A stretch of DNA of 63,848 nt, the filler included, from Klebsormidium nitens (Eukaryota; Plantae; Klebsormidiophyceae): the NCBI GenBank assembly GCA_000708835.1. It is 4 parts of 4 records of this genome, joined end to end, with 100 filler letters (N's around TTAATTAATTAA, not from the genome) between each part and the next. Parts side by side here need not be neighbours in the genome. Positions count along the whole stretch, not along the records: positions 4,675 to 31,596 come from DF237819.1; positions 31,697 to 43,847 come from DF238121.1; 2 more parts are not named here. One strand, given 5' to 3'. Shown in pieces: positions 25,901 to 37,093 of this stretch (position 1 is the stretch's first letter; the number at the start of each line of letters is the position of its first letter). The notes beneath the pieces were generated by a model. That model was not told where the DNA came from. It made no database searches and was given only the letters and a program-made list of their open reading frames with translations. The position numbers and the translations under genes were made by a program.

Positions 25901-26204
25901 TGCGGGCCATGCGGGACGAGTGGAGTGCACGCAGTGCCAAGGTGAGGCCCCGCCGTGGCCGCCAAGACCGGCGCAGGCGATCGTGAGAGGGAGCCGGGGG
26001 CAGGCGGGCAGCAGGATGGGGGAGCAGGGTCCTCTGTGAATGCTGGTGCATGTTGGACTGTTCACGCCGTCTTCGCAACATCTGGGGGTTCTTTCTCGTG
26101 CTGGCAGCCGCTTGGCCGCCTGGCATGCCGATGACCGCCAGCGTTTCCGGGTGCAGCTGGAGCAGACCCTGTTGCAGGTGCAAAGAGGCACGGGCAGCAC
26201 ATGA
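22934..26204 (+). CDS. TMEM192: TMEM192 / plant FIP1-like membrane protein with C-terminal coiled coil (~12 exons)
   Basis: Spliced exons: four hydrophobic segments, GCLERHLISLQKHVRRQGHLGAYRRLKPLSRLP, LLRFHQERIHHLAAEVVRLQE, TTQADLEYGLATREQELRTVAAE, HVEENARLRAMRDEWSARSAKLEQTL. These match the layout I recall for plant FRIGIDA-interacting protein 1/TMEM192. Start codon uncertain. Confidence 0.78.
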
Positions 26205-27784
26205 GAGGAGGGGACCGACACCGGCGGTGCAGCCGAGTCAGCACGTCGCAAGCAAGTGCCTGGCTGAATCTTGAAGCACCTCACAGCGAAATTGCGCTTT
26301 CTTGAAGATGACCTCATGTGCACGTAATCAGCAACCGTCCTAGTCCTGTATGCGCTGCCAACTCAAGGTCCGAGTTGAATTCGGAGCCTATTTGGCTAAC
26401 TGTGCTGAGGTTGGCTAGCTTGGCATTCTCATTGTGCGGCGCCAACTCAAATGGAGTATGATGGAGCCTTACCTTTTGGGATGATGCCAGCATGCCGTAT
26501 TGGTTGGCAACCGAGAGGTCTGTGCCGAGAAGAGGCACATAGGTGAAAGTGTCGTTTGGATGTATAATTGTGACAATGAAGACGCAGTGGTTGCGAGCAA
26601 AACATATCCGTATCAGAATTTACCCAGCCTTGACCTCGATCTGCGTGGGCCATGCACCCATGCATAGACACAGTATGCATGTATTGTGGTTGCTGAGTAT
26701 GTCATGTAGCCAACGTTAATTGGCGGCATCAAGCTGGACAGCGCAATTTTTCAACAAGCTTAATCTGGAAAGTAGTTGACTCACATCTGCAAAGATATGC
26801 GGGCTCGCAACCAGGAGCTCATGGTATCCCCTCAGTGTAAGCTTCTTGCGGCGAGATTCGCGTTTTAGCCGGCGCTCAGCTGTAAACATATGTCGTGCAT
26901 CAGGCCTTAACATCTGTAGTGCAGATTGGACAATTGCCAGCTCACATACACAGCCCGAACGTACAGCTCCAGGCCCGAGGGCCCGGACAACTTAGCTTGC
27001 TCGGTATCGAAAACAGGGAGCTAGCTAAGTACGCCGCGAATTGGAGTTTGCCAGACTAGGTCGTCTAGCTATATCTGTAGGTCAAGCTAGCTACGAGTCA
27101 CTAGTTAAGTCAGAAATTTGGTTTCGTCTAGAATGATCATACTGATATCAATTACACGTTTGACATGGTCTTTCATGCAATATATGCTTTTAATTGAGTA
27201 AGAGACTCAAGAGAGGGGCGAGGCCTTGATCTTCTTAAGCTTTTTCAAACTTGCATGCGTGCATGGCACACCGTGCATGCTGTACGTGAGCTTTGATTCG
27301 TGCATCTTGCCTTAAAACATTGAGGTAGCATTGTATATGACTCTCGTTGTCTTGAGCCAATCACGGCCGATCCAACATTCGTCGATTCGAGGGGCATTCC
27401 CTAGCTCCTTCGATGGATAGCAACTTTGAAAGCTAGAGAGCCACGGCGACTGAAGGGTCATCAGAATGCGGTGGACCTATAGCAGCGGTTATATGTAAAG
27501 GGGCGTGGATAAACGCAACCCAATTACCTATAAGATGCCAAATAATGATGCCCTCGCGTTATATCTTTAGGCGATCCTCGAAGGCATGCCTACTTAAGTT
27601 GCATTGCAAGGACAAAGAGCGGACCCGGAGCGGACAACTAGTATTTCATGTCTAGCTTGTCCGACGGGGTTTTCTGCCAAATTACTCCATCAAACCGCCT
27701 GATATTCCTGGATTGGGGTGCCGCAGCTCAACATCGCCAAAACCTGCTCTTTTACATGGTAAAAACCTAGGGATCCCTATATTC

Positions 27785-28806
27785 CTATACTTTCTCTGGT
27801 TCCCCTGTATGCGTCGGTGGGGCCACTTCCTTGGGCGCACGCGTCTCTGTGCTCCTTGAGAGCCTTGGAAGCACGCCTGCCACTCCTAGCAGGCGAGCCA
27901 CAGTGTCAGATGGCTGAGCGCCTACGGAGAGCCAATACCTGCAAATCCCGCGGCGAGCCAAGTTAGGAACATGCGGTGTGAAGGTACAAGCAAGAACACT
28001 CAATCTGACATGAGACACGAGAGTTTCTGGTGAACTCCATCTCAATTTCGTCTTTAGCAACTCTGTATCAAATGAATCCAGAGGATTTACAAGGAGATTC
28101 TAATAGCTTGTTAAGGTGGCTGGTGAGTGACCAAGCTACCCCGTATTAGTCTTCCAGGACATGCCCACGCACGCCAGAGCGCCCAGCACATCACCTGGAA
28201 GCTCGACAAGTGCAGGTCTTCTCATAGAAACAGCCAGTCTAGTTGGTTGACCGCTATTGCCGTACTCTTTGACGCTGCAGTGACGGTTTGCACAGCTACG
28301 CCAGACCTGTGCTACAACTTATGAACCCACGCACAACAACTGGCGAAAGTCCAGTCCAGTCCAGAATGCTGTGCCGCCAGTGGTACCACCATCGCTTCCG
28401 CTCTGTCCCTGAACCCCCCCACAAGACAAGCAATGGCGCTGTGCCGCAAGGCGCACAAGACAGGCGCCGACTCACTTGATGCGCTCAAAGTCCAGGCCCA
28501 CGTGCTTGTGGCCGTCTTTACCTGCACACAAGGGCAGGCTCAGGTCACCGTGTTGCGGGAGTGACCCGCAGCGGGGGTGCACAGCAGAACATGGTGGCAC
28601 ACACTTTCCGGCCAGGTGCAACCCATAGCAGCAGCATCGCACGCACGGATCTGAGCGTGCCCTCGAGGCTTACTTGGGAGGGGGTTGTAGTGCCCTACGA
28701 CTTCAATGTGCTTGCCGTCCCGAGCAGAGCGGCTGTCTGCCACAAAGATGCGAAAGAAAGGCAGATTCTTTCTCCCAAAGCGTGCCAGCCTGATGCGCAC
28801 CACCAT
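27785..28806 (-). CDS. RPS16: Ribosomal protein bS16, nuclear-encoded organellar (mitochondrial-type); exons 28806-28674, 28521-28476, 27938-27785
   Basis: [77 protein letters not shown]. Confidence 0.93.
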
Positions 28807-30799
28807 CCCTGCACTCTGGTGAAGCTGACTCTCGCAGACTACAATAGTGACATCCCTCTTGGCAACGAAGACAAAGAGCTGACAAACAGATGCGGCCAGC
28901 GAATGTAGCCAGCAGACCAATGGCAATGGCAAGGGGGAAGGACTGATTCAAAATTCGAAGAACTATCTGGGGCATCTGAGACTAGAGTGCCGGAGCGCTC
29001 GCGCTATACTGTCACAGTCTCGTTCAGGCTAGATCAGAGGGCGCAGACGCCCAGCCAAAATATGTAGCGCCCAGTAGCGAGCAGACCGTATGGGCTCCAC
29101 CGCGGGCGCGTCCACCAAACTTTGCAGACGTCTTATATGGCCTGTTGGCTACCATTTCCACCCACTTTCGGGTTAACGCACCCGGTGGAGCCATCAGTGT
29201 CAAGGCTGAAGTGGCCCTATGTCTGAATTCCCCAACTAAAATGCAAGTTTTGGGCATTCAAATGGACCGGGCAAATGACACCCAACGATGGCGGAAACTT
29301 GTAGAGAACGTTTGGGACCTAGCCAAGTCGTTTTGACCTTGTGGGCAGTTTGGATATGTGATTCCGCCCGCAATTTATAATCGGGCAAATTGAAAATGCT
29401 GACGTGGCACAATTTGCCAACGGTCGTCGAGATCGTAAAATTCAATCTGCGACCATCGGGCGCATGATTTTGAACACTGAAACGGGCGCTTCTGCTTGTA
29501 ACTGTCGCATCAAATTTCACCAAACCTGGCGGTGTCAAGCTTGTTCGCCAGGAACAGGCCCCGCTGGGACGCGCTCCTTTTTCCAGCTTCAAAAACCACC
29601 AAAAATGAGGCCTGGAAGCATAAGGACGATGCATTACCTTATAGAGGCTATTTTAGCTCGTTTTGAGGGCTGGAAAAAGTAGCGCCCTCTTTTGAGGCCT
29701 GTATGTGGCGACTGAGCTTGGCACCGCCAGCAAAAAGCATTATTCTGGCAGTCCAGAAGGTGCTCTAGAGCCATTTCTGCAGTGCCAAAAGCTTGCGCCC
29801 CATGAGAGAACTTGAACTTCTCTTGAGAATTTCAAGTTCTGAGGAGCGCCGGCATCCCGGCGGCATTTATAGGTTGAGGGTGGTGGTTTAACAGTTCTGC
29901 TCGCGGCCGACAATTTGTTTGGCGTCTGCGCCCGGCGGCGGCGGCCCTCTGGGGGCTACTACCGTGACTAGATGCCCGGTGCCGCGTGCGCAACCGCGGC
30001 GGGCGGCCGCCCGGTTCGACCGGGGCGCGGCGGCCGCGACACCGTGTCGCGGGCCAGGCCCCCCGCGGGACCCGGGCGCGGGGACGGGGACCGCGAGCAC
30101 GAGGTGCTCAGTCTCGACCACTGGCGGCTGGCGAGCGGCTGGCCGTTAGCTCGCCTGAGCCCGTGTACGTGCCCCCGCTACGCGCCGGGCGCATTGCAAG
30201 CAGCTACAGTAAATATACATGTATGAATTGAATGAAAAGGATGAGTCCAGACTAGAACGACGATCTAGAGCGACTCTACTGTGGATGCGCAGGCAGCTGG
30301 CGCCGCGGGCCATCGCAGACACTGCAAAGAATACCCTTGACGAGTCTGCTTTCGCGTCCTCTTCGACCGAGACTCTGTGCCATGTCTTTCGACACCGGCT
30401 ATCTGGCTTGTGCTTTCTGAACGCATGCAGACCTCTCGACCTCCAATGGCCACTGGAGACGGCCTCAGGACGGTGCCCCCTGCCTATTAGCCCAGAATAT
30501 CCGGAACTACATCTGCCAGCAGAGCACTGTCATCCACCGATAGGCCGAGTAAACAGCAAAACAGATAAAGATCGGTGACAAGAGATCAGTCCGAGAGAAA
30601 CATGATCCAAAGGTCTATTGCTCCGAGTTTCTCCTTCGTTCATTCGTTACATTCCGACAGCTCAGCGGCTCACTTGTACGGATGTAAACACAACAGTTTT
30701 AATAAGTGATCAGCCCCAACCCAGGCCAGCACCGTCTTAGGAGTACAGATGGTTCGACAGTAACCAGGAGCAGTACTTGGCAGGACAGCGGGTTCAGCT

Positions 30800-31596
30800 C
30801 GAACGTTTCGGACACCCGATTTGGATGTCGTTGAGGTCCCTTCTTTGACATTTCTGACGCGTTGCGCAAAACAAAAGCTGTATCAACAAGTGGCATTCGG
30901 TCATGTCTGCAGAAGGTCCGCTGTACCACTTCTCCGTATCGCTTTGATCCGGCAAAGTGACTACGTTGGATCTGTACCAACCGGGACCTTTGCCAACGTT
31001 CTCCTGGTATACATCCTTCTCCCTGCCTCGATTTGGGCCAAGTTTTTCTAAGAAATGCAGCGCCCTGTACTCTCAATCTACTGGCTGAGCTATTTTTGAT
31101 ATCTGCAGCGCTCGTGGCAGAACTTGGAGCCCTCAGCCCACATCCACGTGTGACGGGGGTGCAACATGCACATCAACCTTGTACGCGAACTTTTGCAACA
31201 TTTTGGGGACTCCTAAACCAGACTTCCCCATGAGGCATGATGACTTCCTGTCTTCCGGTAGGAGGACGTCATCACCATCTGCCAGACCTAGTAGTGCACG
31301 CAGGGCGCGAGGCACGTGGGCGGTGCCGATTTGAGCATATGACGCGCTGCCGTCATTTGCTGCCGCGGTGGAGACTTTTGTCCTGAATTGATCTCGGAAA
31401 GCTTTCAATCGGAGTACAAGTTCAGCTAGTCTTTTTGTATTTGGTACACAATGAAGCTTCCAGCAAGTCGATCTGACACTCTGGTCCTCCCGTCATGTTC
31501 GAGGTTTCGAGGTGACCTTGCCGGCCCTGACTGGTCCCCCGCGATGCCTCGTGCCTCTCGTGCCGCGTGCCGCCCGTCAGCTCACCCGCGGGCTGC
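30800..31596 (-). pseudogene. 3' part of an unidentified spliced gene or remnant cut by the scaffold end
   Basis: GTGAGC donor near 31583 and an exon-like stretch ~31405-31180 (AFRDQFRTK..QKFAYK). The downstream frame has an internal stop. No family recognised. Confidence 0.25.
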
Positions 31597-31696
31597 NNNN
31601 NNNNNNNNNNNNNNNNNNNNNNNNNNNNNNNNNNNNNNNNTTAATTAATTAANNNNNNNNNNNNNNNNNNNNNNNNNNNNNNNNNNNNNNNNNNNN
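31597..31696. other. Artificial scaffold joiner (N44-TTAATTAATTAA-N44)
   Basis: Same 100-nt structure as 4575-4674. Confidence 0.97.
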
Positions 31697-32359
31697 TGAG
31701 TTGTTTTACCTGTCAGACCAGAATGAGGTGTACATGCTTCCTGGGCTGGGTGCATGGTATGGAAGTTGCCTGGTCGCAGCATCCAAGGCAGCCTCTGCTT
31801 AATCTACGGCATTAATCAACAAGTCACTTCACAATCTCTGTTTGTCGCAGCTCAATCTGTGGCATTTATAATTATGCTATAGGTCTTGTCAGGGTGGTCT
31901 GTTTAATTTCATCAAGCGAAGTCCCTTTGCAAGCTTGATGCTTGCCAGCATCTTTCAAGGATTTTTGCAGCCGCCAGCATGGATGCTCACTTGCCTTGAT
32001 CCAAGAGATTAGTTCACTATGCTGATTGCAATGAAAGGGCAGGAAGAGATTTTTGACATAGCCGTTGAGTCTCTGGGAGATTGGCATACGTCAGAGCACG
32101 TCACTGCTGTTGGTTGTAACCCTGGATATGCAAGGAAGTTCAGCTGTGTTGAGACTTCGTCAGTCGTCCTCAAGCATACCCATAGGGACCCACTGGTGTG
32201 CTCTGAAAGTTTTGACCTCAGTTGCTGCCTGCCAATGGTCTGGCTTGCTCACAGACCATTTTTGGGGGAGTCTGGCTGCCAATTTCATGTGAATACGCAT
32301 CTGCTAACCCCTTTTCTCTGCCCCAGCTGCTGCTCATGCTCTTCCTTCTTTTATGACAG

Positions 32360-35309
32360 GATCCGAGACGAAGCCATCTGCACCACCATCAACCCGAGAG
32401 CAAGTCGCAAGCATACTCAGAACAAAGCTTCCTTCTCCTTCGTCCTATGCCAAGAACTCTGCATCCAACGGCTGGCCAGACCCACGTCACAAGGCTCTGC
32501 TCAAGATGCTGCGCACGCACCGCCCGGCAACACTTGCCGATGAGACGTTTGAGCAGCTGCCAGTTGGGCTTCTCAGTCCCATTTTGGCTCAGGTCGAAGA
32601 GGACTGCGCGTACGCAGATCCACTAGCCGAGGACACCGATTTTGCAGTGATGTTGAGCGAGGAGATGTCCGGGACATTCGCGGACGAGGACAGCAGGAGA
32701 GAAAAGTTTTGCGACATGCTGAGCAAGGAATTTTTTATGCCCCTTAACCGGGCCACAGTCGGGTTAGGTGTGACAGATGGGACGGCGATGCTTCCGGTGG
32801 GGGTTGCCAGTGCGATGGCTGTGAACACTGAGATCAAACTGGAGGTCGGGCAGGGGGGAGGAGATCCGCGGCTTCAGAATGCAACATACGCCGCCCACAA
32901 TGCAAGTCTTCAGTACGGGTCCCTGGGTCGCGTCAGCTACTGTCCAGCGCTGCTGATTGAGCTCGCAGGGCCAAACATGAGTTTGTCAGGCTTTGCTTTG
33001 GGCCAGTACGCTTGCTGCGATCAGCTATCGCAGATGGTGTCGCTCCTCAGGCAGCCAAAGAGCGAGATTGCTATTGGAGCGGCACGTGCCATCTTCGCCA
33101 TTCGGAGAGCCTGGCCGGCCCTGCAGGTAGGTGGCTGTCTCACCTTATTGCGGGCTGGATACTTCTCGATGTTATCAAGTCTTCAGAGATCAATGATAAC
33201 AGTCGGCAATGTCTCTCCTTCGTCTCAGGTTGCCCCTTGGTTACTACACAACGAAGAGCTTGCCTCTGATGATCTGCCTTTGATTTTTTAATCACTGGCT
33301 TCTTTGGGAGGCTTTGATGGAGATGGGCCGGTCTGAAAAGCGATGTGTTATGTCTGTGTATGGGGGCCAAGTGTAGAAACCACTACGTCCCTACGTCTCC
33401 GAATGTCGATCTCAGGGGAGACTTGCTGAGTCAAGTCTGCTTGGTCAAAGACTTCCTGCACAATCGATGTTGCACCCTGGCCAGTAAGGCCGATGCAAAT
33501 GAGGACATATTCTCCGCAACAGTTCTGCAAGTGAAGGAAGAAGCCTATCACCATGGATGAACGCTTCTGGGACTCGGCGCACTGAATTTGTTGTATCTCA
33601 AGCAGCTGTAAGTCTCTAGTCGCATACAATCAGAGTTTTCCATCTTCGACACAGGAGTACTACCAGAAGCTGGCAGAGACTCTGAAGGACTACTGGAGGC
33701 AGTCGGAGACTCCAATGCCCAATCAACAGCTGGAGTTTCCGTACCCAAACTTGTTCAAGCCAGACGGAGGCGACTCAACCCAGTCATTGCGATACCTCAA
33801 ACGTCTAACGACTTACACCTTTGAGGCCGAGAGCATGAGCAAGAAGGTGTTTGTGAAGTACTGCAAGAGGTGAGGGATATCCTTTTTGAGGTCTGGCATC
33901 CTTTCATGGCGTCACAGAGTTGCAGCACATGAATTTTGACAGTGCAGAAAATTGCCGTACAGACACATGCTGGTAATTCTCCGAACTGCTAGTTGTGGGC
34001 GAGTCACAGGTTGCGCAGGCTTCAAACCACGTTGGTGGTTTGAATCTTTGTGGTATGAGGAAGGTGGTATGGCTGTGTCTTACCTGAAATCTTGGGGACG
34101 TTTCGTTGCACTTATACTCGGACTCTTCTGTGAGGACCCTGAGTGACAAGCATGAGTGTAAAGCTTCTTCATCACGCATTGGCAGCGACTCTCTGATCGG
34201 CGGGTTGCCCAGATGCCAGGTAGAGATTGGGGTCATTGTGCCCACGTGCATGCAGATATTCGCGGGAGGCCCATCTCGTGGTTCAGGAGGCGGGGCACGC
34301 GCCCCGCCTGCTATGCGTTCAGTTGCTGCCTGGCCGGTGGGTGATGGTAGTGATGGAGTACCTGGAGACCGCTGTGACGTGGAGCGACTCCATGGTGAAG
34401 CCGATCGAGCAATTAACTGCAGCAGTGAGGGTGATGCACGATGCGGGGTTCGTGCATGGCGATTTGAGGAGCCCCAACGTGCTGGTCCAAGACGAAAAGG
34501 TACGCTCTTTCCCCGTCACTCTTCATCCTGACAAGCTTCAGGAATCGCTTCTAACGCACATGCTGGAAGCCATTGTGCATAAGACGAGCACGATTTGTTG
34601 GCATGTAAGCCGGCTCTTCTAGGAAAGGCAAACGCTTCTCACGAGGAACTGCCTCGCTGCCAGCTTTGTGGCAAGGGCAAGGCAAGGCGTTCATTTGAAA
34701 TGTTGAAGAATCTGTTGGCGAAAAGCCAGGTCGTGGCGCTCCAGTTGCGTGACAGCCTGGCAGGATAATTTCCGCTTTCAACGGCCTTGTTGGGCTGATC
34801 TCGACGTGTTGAGCGTCGGTGCTCCTTAGAGCTTAGAATCTACTGTCTTGACATTACACCGAGAGTACCGCGGTCATGAAGGGGCTATGTTCAGATGACA
34901 CACGCAATTGGCTGAAAGCAGATGTATTGGTTGAATGCAGAGCTCGGTAAACCAGAGTCATAGGCTCCTCTCATGTGTGTCATCAAAGCTGCGAGTGAAT
35001 GTTTATCTGTCATCCCCTTGAAATTGACTTCAGGAGTCTTTGCGCCTCGTGCTTATTGCTACCAACGGCGCTTCCTAAGGATCACCAGGTGCAGGCTCGT
35101 ATGGTTCAGATGTGTTGAATCAAGTCATTTAAGCTTTACAGGTACATCTGGTGGACTTTGAATGGGCTGGGAAGGAGGGGCATGTGAGCTACCCGCTCTT
35201 CATGAATCGTGCAACCGAGATGTGGCCGGAAGGGGCGACTGACGGGCAGTTCATCAGGAAGACGCACGATGCTGAGTGGGTACGGAGACTACGAGCAGGA
35301 GATGGTTAG
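32360..35309 (+). CDS. Crinkler/CR-effector-like protein: PD-(D/E)xK restriction-endonuclease-fold domain fused to an atypical protein kinase; exons 32360-33126, 33655-33869, 34256-34499, 35142-35309; 5' exons unresolved
   Basis: The four exons splice in frame with GT-AG sites. Nuclease part: PSPSSYAK..TDG..NTEIKLEVGQGGGDPRLQ..Y..CPALLIELAGP..SG. Linker: EYYQKL..FPYP. Kinase: VFVKY..YSREAH..APRL..WVMVVMEYL..MHDAGFVHGDLRSPNVLV..LVDFEWAGKEG..YPLFMN..WP..HD. Confidence 0.82.
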
Positions 35310-36219
35310 TTATGCATAGACCCACCGGTTTGTGTCACGAGAGGTTGGAATGAGGGTTATCATCATTGTCGGGAGTTATCATCTGGGGGATGATGTTCGG
35401 TAGTTCTTGGGCCACGTTGCCGCAAGCTGGCTTCATAAGCAAGTTCCCCGTGTCTCGCAACAAATGGTCGCACAGCTGAGCACTATAAGACGGTCTGGCT
35501 GGCAAGTTCGCCTCGGCACCAATGAGGATCGAGGCCTTCCTGCAGTGAAGGACCTTCTTGCAGCGAAGGACCGCGTGTGTGAGAGCATGCCCGAGCAACC
35601 GATCAAGTTCGTTCAAGTTCATGCTGGCTCCCGTGGGAGAATTTGACCCCTCTTGTGGGACTTGCAGAGAGTCGTTTTCTGCTTTGAATTGTGCGGTTCT
35701 GGCACTGCACTCTTTGATTGGCTCCATTACAAGTCCGCCTCTCAGTTCAACTACCAAGCCAATCGCCAACAGGTCGGTCGTTCAAGTTGATGCGAAAGAA
35801 ACGCCGCAAAACGATTAAGGTGTAGGCATCCTTCTCCTTCAAAGCACTTTGCGCACTCTCTCGAGGGATGCAAGATGTACACGGATTGCCATAGTATGTA
35901 CACTTTCACATCCCCAAGCTTTGCGGCATAGAAGCTTGATGTACATGAATGGAGGAATCATGTGCACTTTTCATTTTCGTACCATAATTTAATGTCTGCA
36001 AGTCGGAGATGATGTTGGAAGATCTCCATTTCTCAATCGACCGATGGGTGCGCTCCATACCCGCAGCTTGTCGGGATGGAACCGACTCGAGGGACCACGT
36101 AAAGTGGCTGAAGCAATTCTTCTCGCGCTCAAATGCAAATCGACAGCCGCCATACGGCGCGCTTTTCAGACACATTGTAGCTGCTAGCGCAAAGACCTCA
36201 GAGTTGATAATCTGCACTG

Positions 36220-36615
36220 CTTTGAAAAGCTTTGATATGTAGAATGGTGGTGAAGATTGTCGGGCGACCATACCGGATACTTTCTGGCATGTTGTAGTGG
36301 ATAGCAAGGACGAGTCAATATGCACGGGCTTTGAAGCTAAGTTTGATGTATAGACTAGATGGTACAGTTCGTCAGGCGACCATTCCTCACGGTTTTGAAG
36401 CTTTTACGTATAACATAATGGTGCAGATTGTCGGTCGACCGTGCCGCGCGCCTTCTTGGATTAAAGAGGCCTGACAATATGCACCGCTTTGAATCTTTCA
36501 TGTGTAGCACGATGGTGGAGATTGATGCATTGTATTGCAATTGTGAGGACTCGACAATTTGAAAGGTTTTTAAGCTTGCATCAATAACATGATGGTGCAG
36601 ATTGTCAGCCGACCA
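36220..36615. repeat. About five degenerate copies of a TTGAA..GCTT..ATGGTGCAGATTGTC..CGACC-like unit
   Basis: Related cores near 36241, 36355, 36413, 36506 and 36587 (e.g. acataatggtgcagattgtcggtcgacc and acatgatggtgcagattgtcagccgacc). Confidence 0.55.
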
Positions 36616-37093
36616 CGGCCCACGCCGCACGCTTACGGAATCATGGGAGACCACTCAAGATGTTTTGAGATGCCCTAATCTTCATGGTGTATCCCCAAAG
36701 GCTGCTGCTGGTGGGGCCAACGCTGCAGACAGTGTCCGTCCCGCACGAGCCGCGTCAAATACCGCATGACGATGGCTGTCCCGCCCAATGAACCCGAGAT
36801 GCGTGCTCAAAAGTTTTTGCCTTGAAGATTGCGGTGGAATGCGGATCATGCTCGTTCGTCGCATCTTCAACGGAAAGCAACTTTTGCCCTGATTAGAGGG
36901 CGCACATCGCAGGTCGCCGGCCTTGAAAGCTGACGCGCGCCGCACGACACAATAGGCTCCCGTCCAATAGGCGATTCATTGCAAGGAGCTAGATTTTCTG
37001 CTTCATGGAAATTCATACTGTTCTCAAGTGCGTGAAGCGGCACTATGAAGGCCACCGTATCACATGCACCAGCTTTTGCACTTGGAAGACGTG

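Noticed and set aside
31697-32359. CRN N-terminal LFLAK/HVLV targeting domain upstream of the nuclease exon
   Set aside because: Candidate exons exist (e.g. DQNEVYMLPGLGA) but cannot be joined reliably and lack the motifs.
35335-36325. ORFs 35335-35769, 35407-35646, 35906-36325 and 36009-36242
   Set aside because: Overlapping on both strands with no family signature; cannot be assigned.
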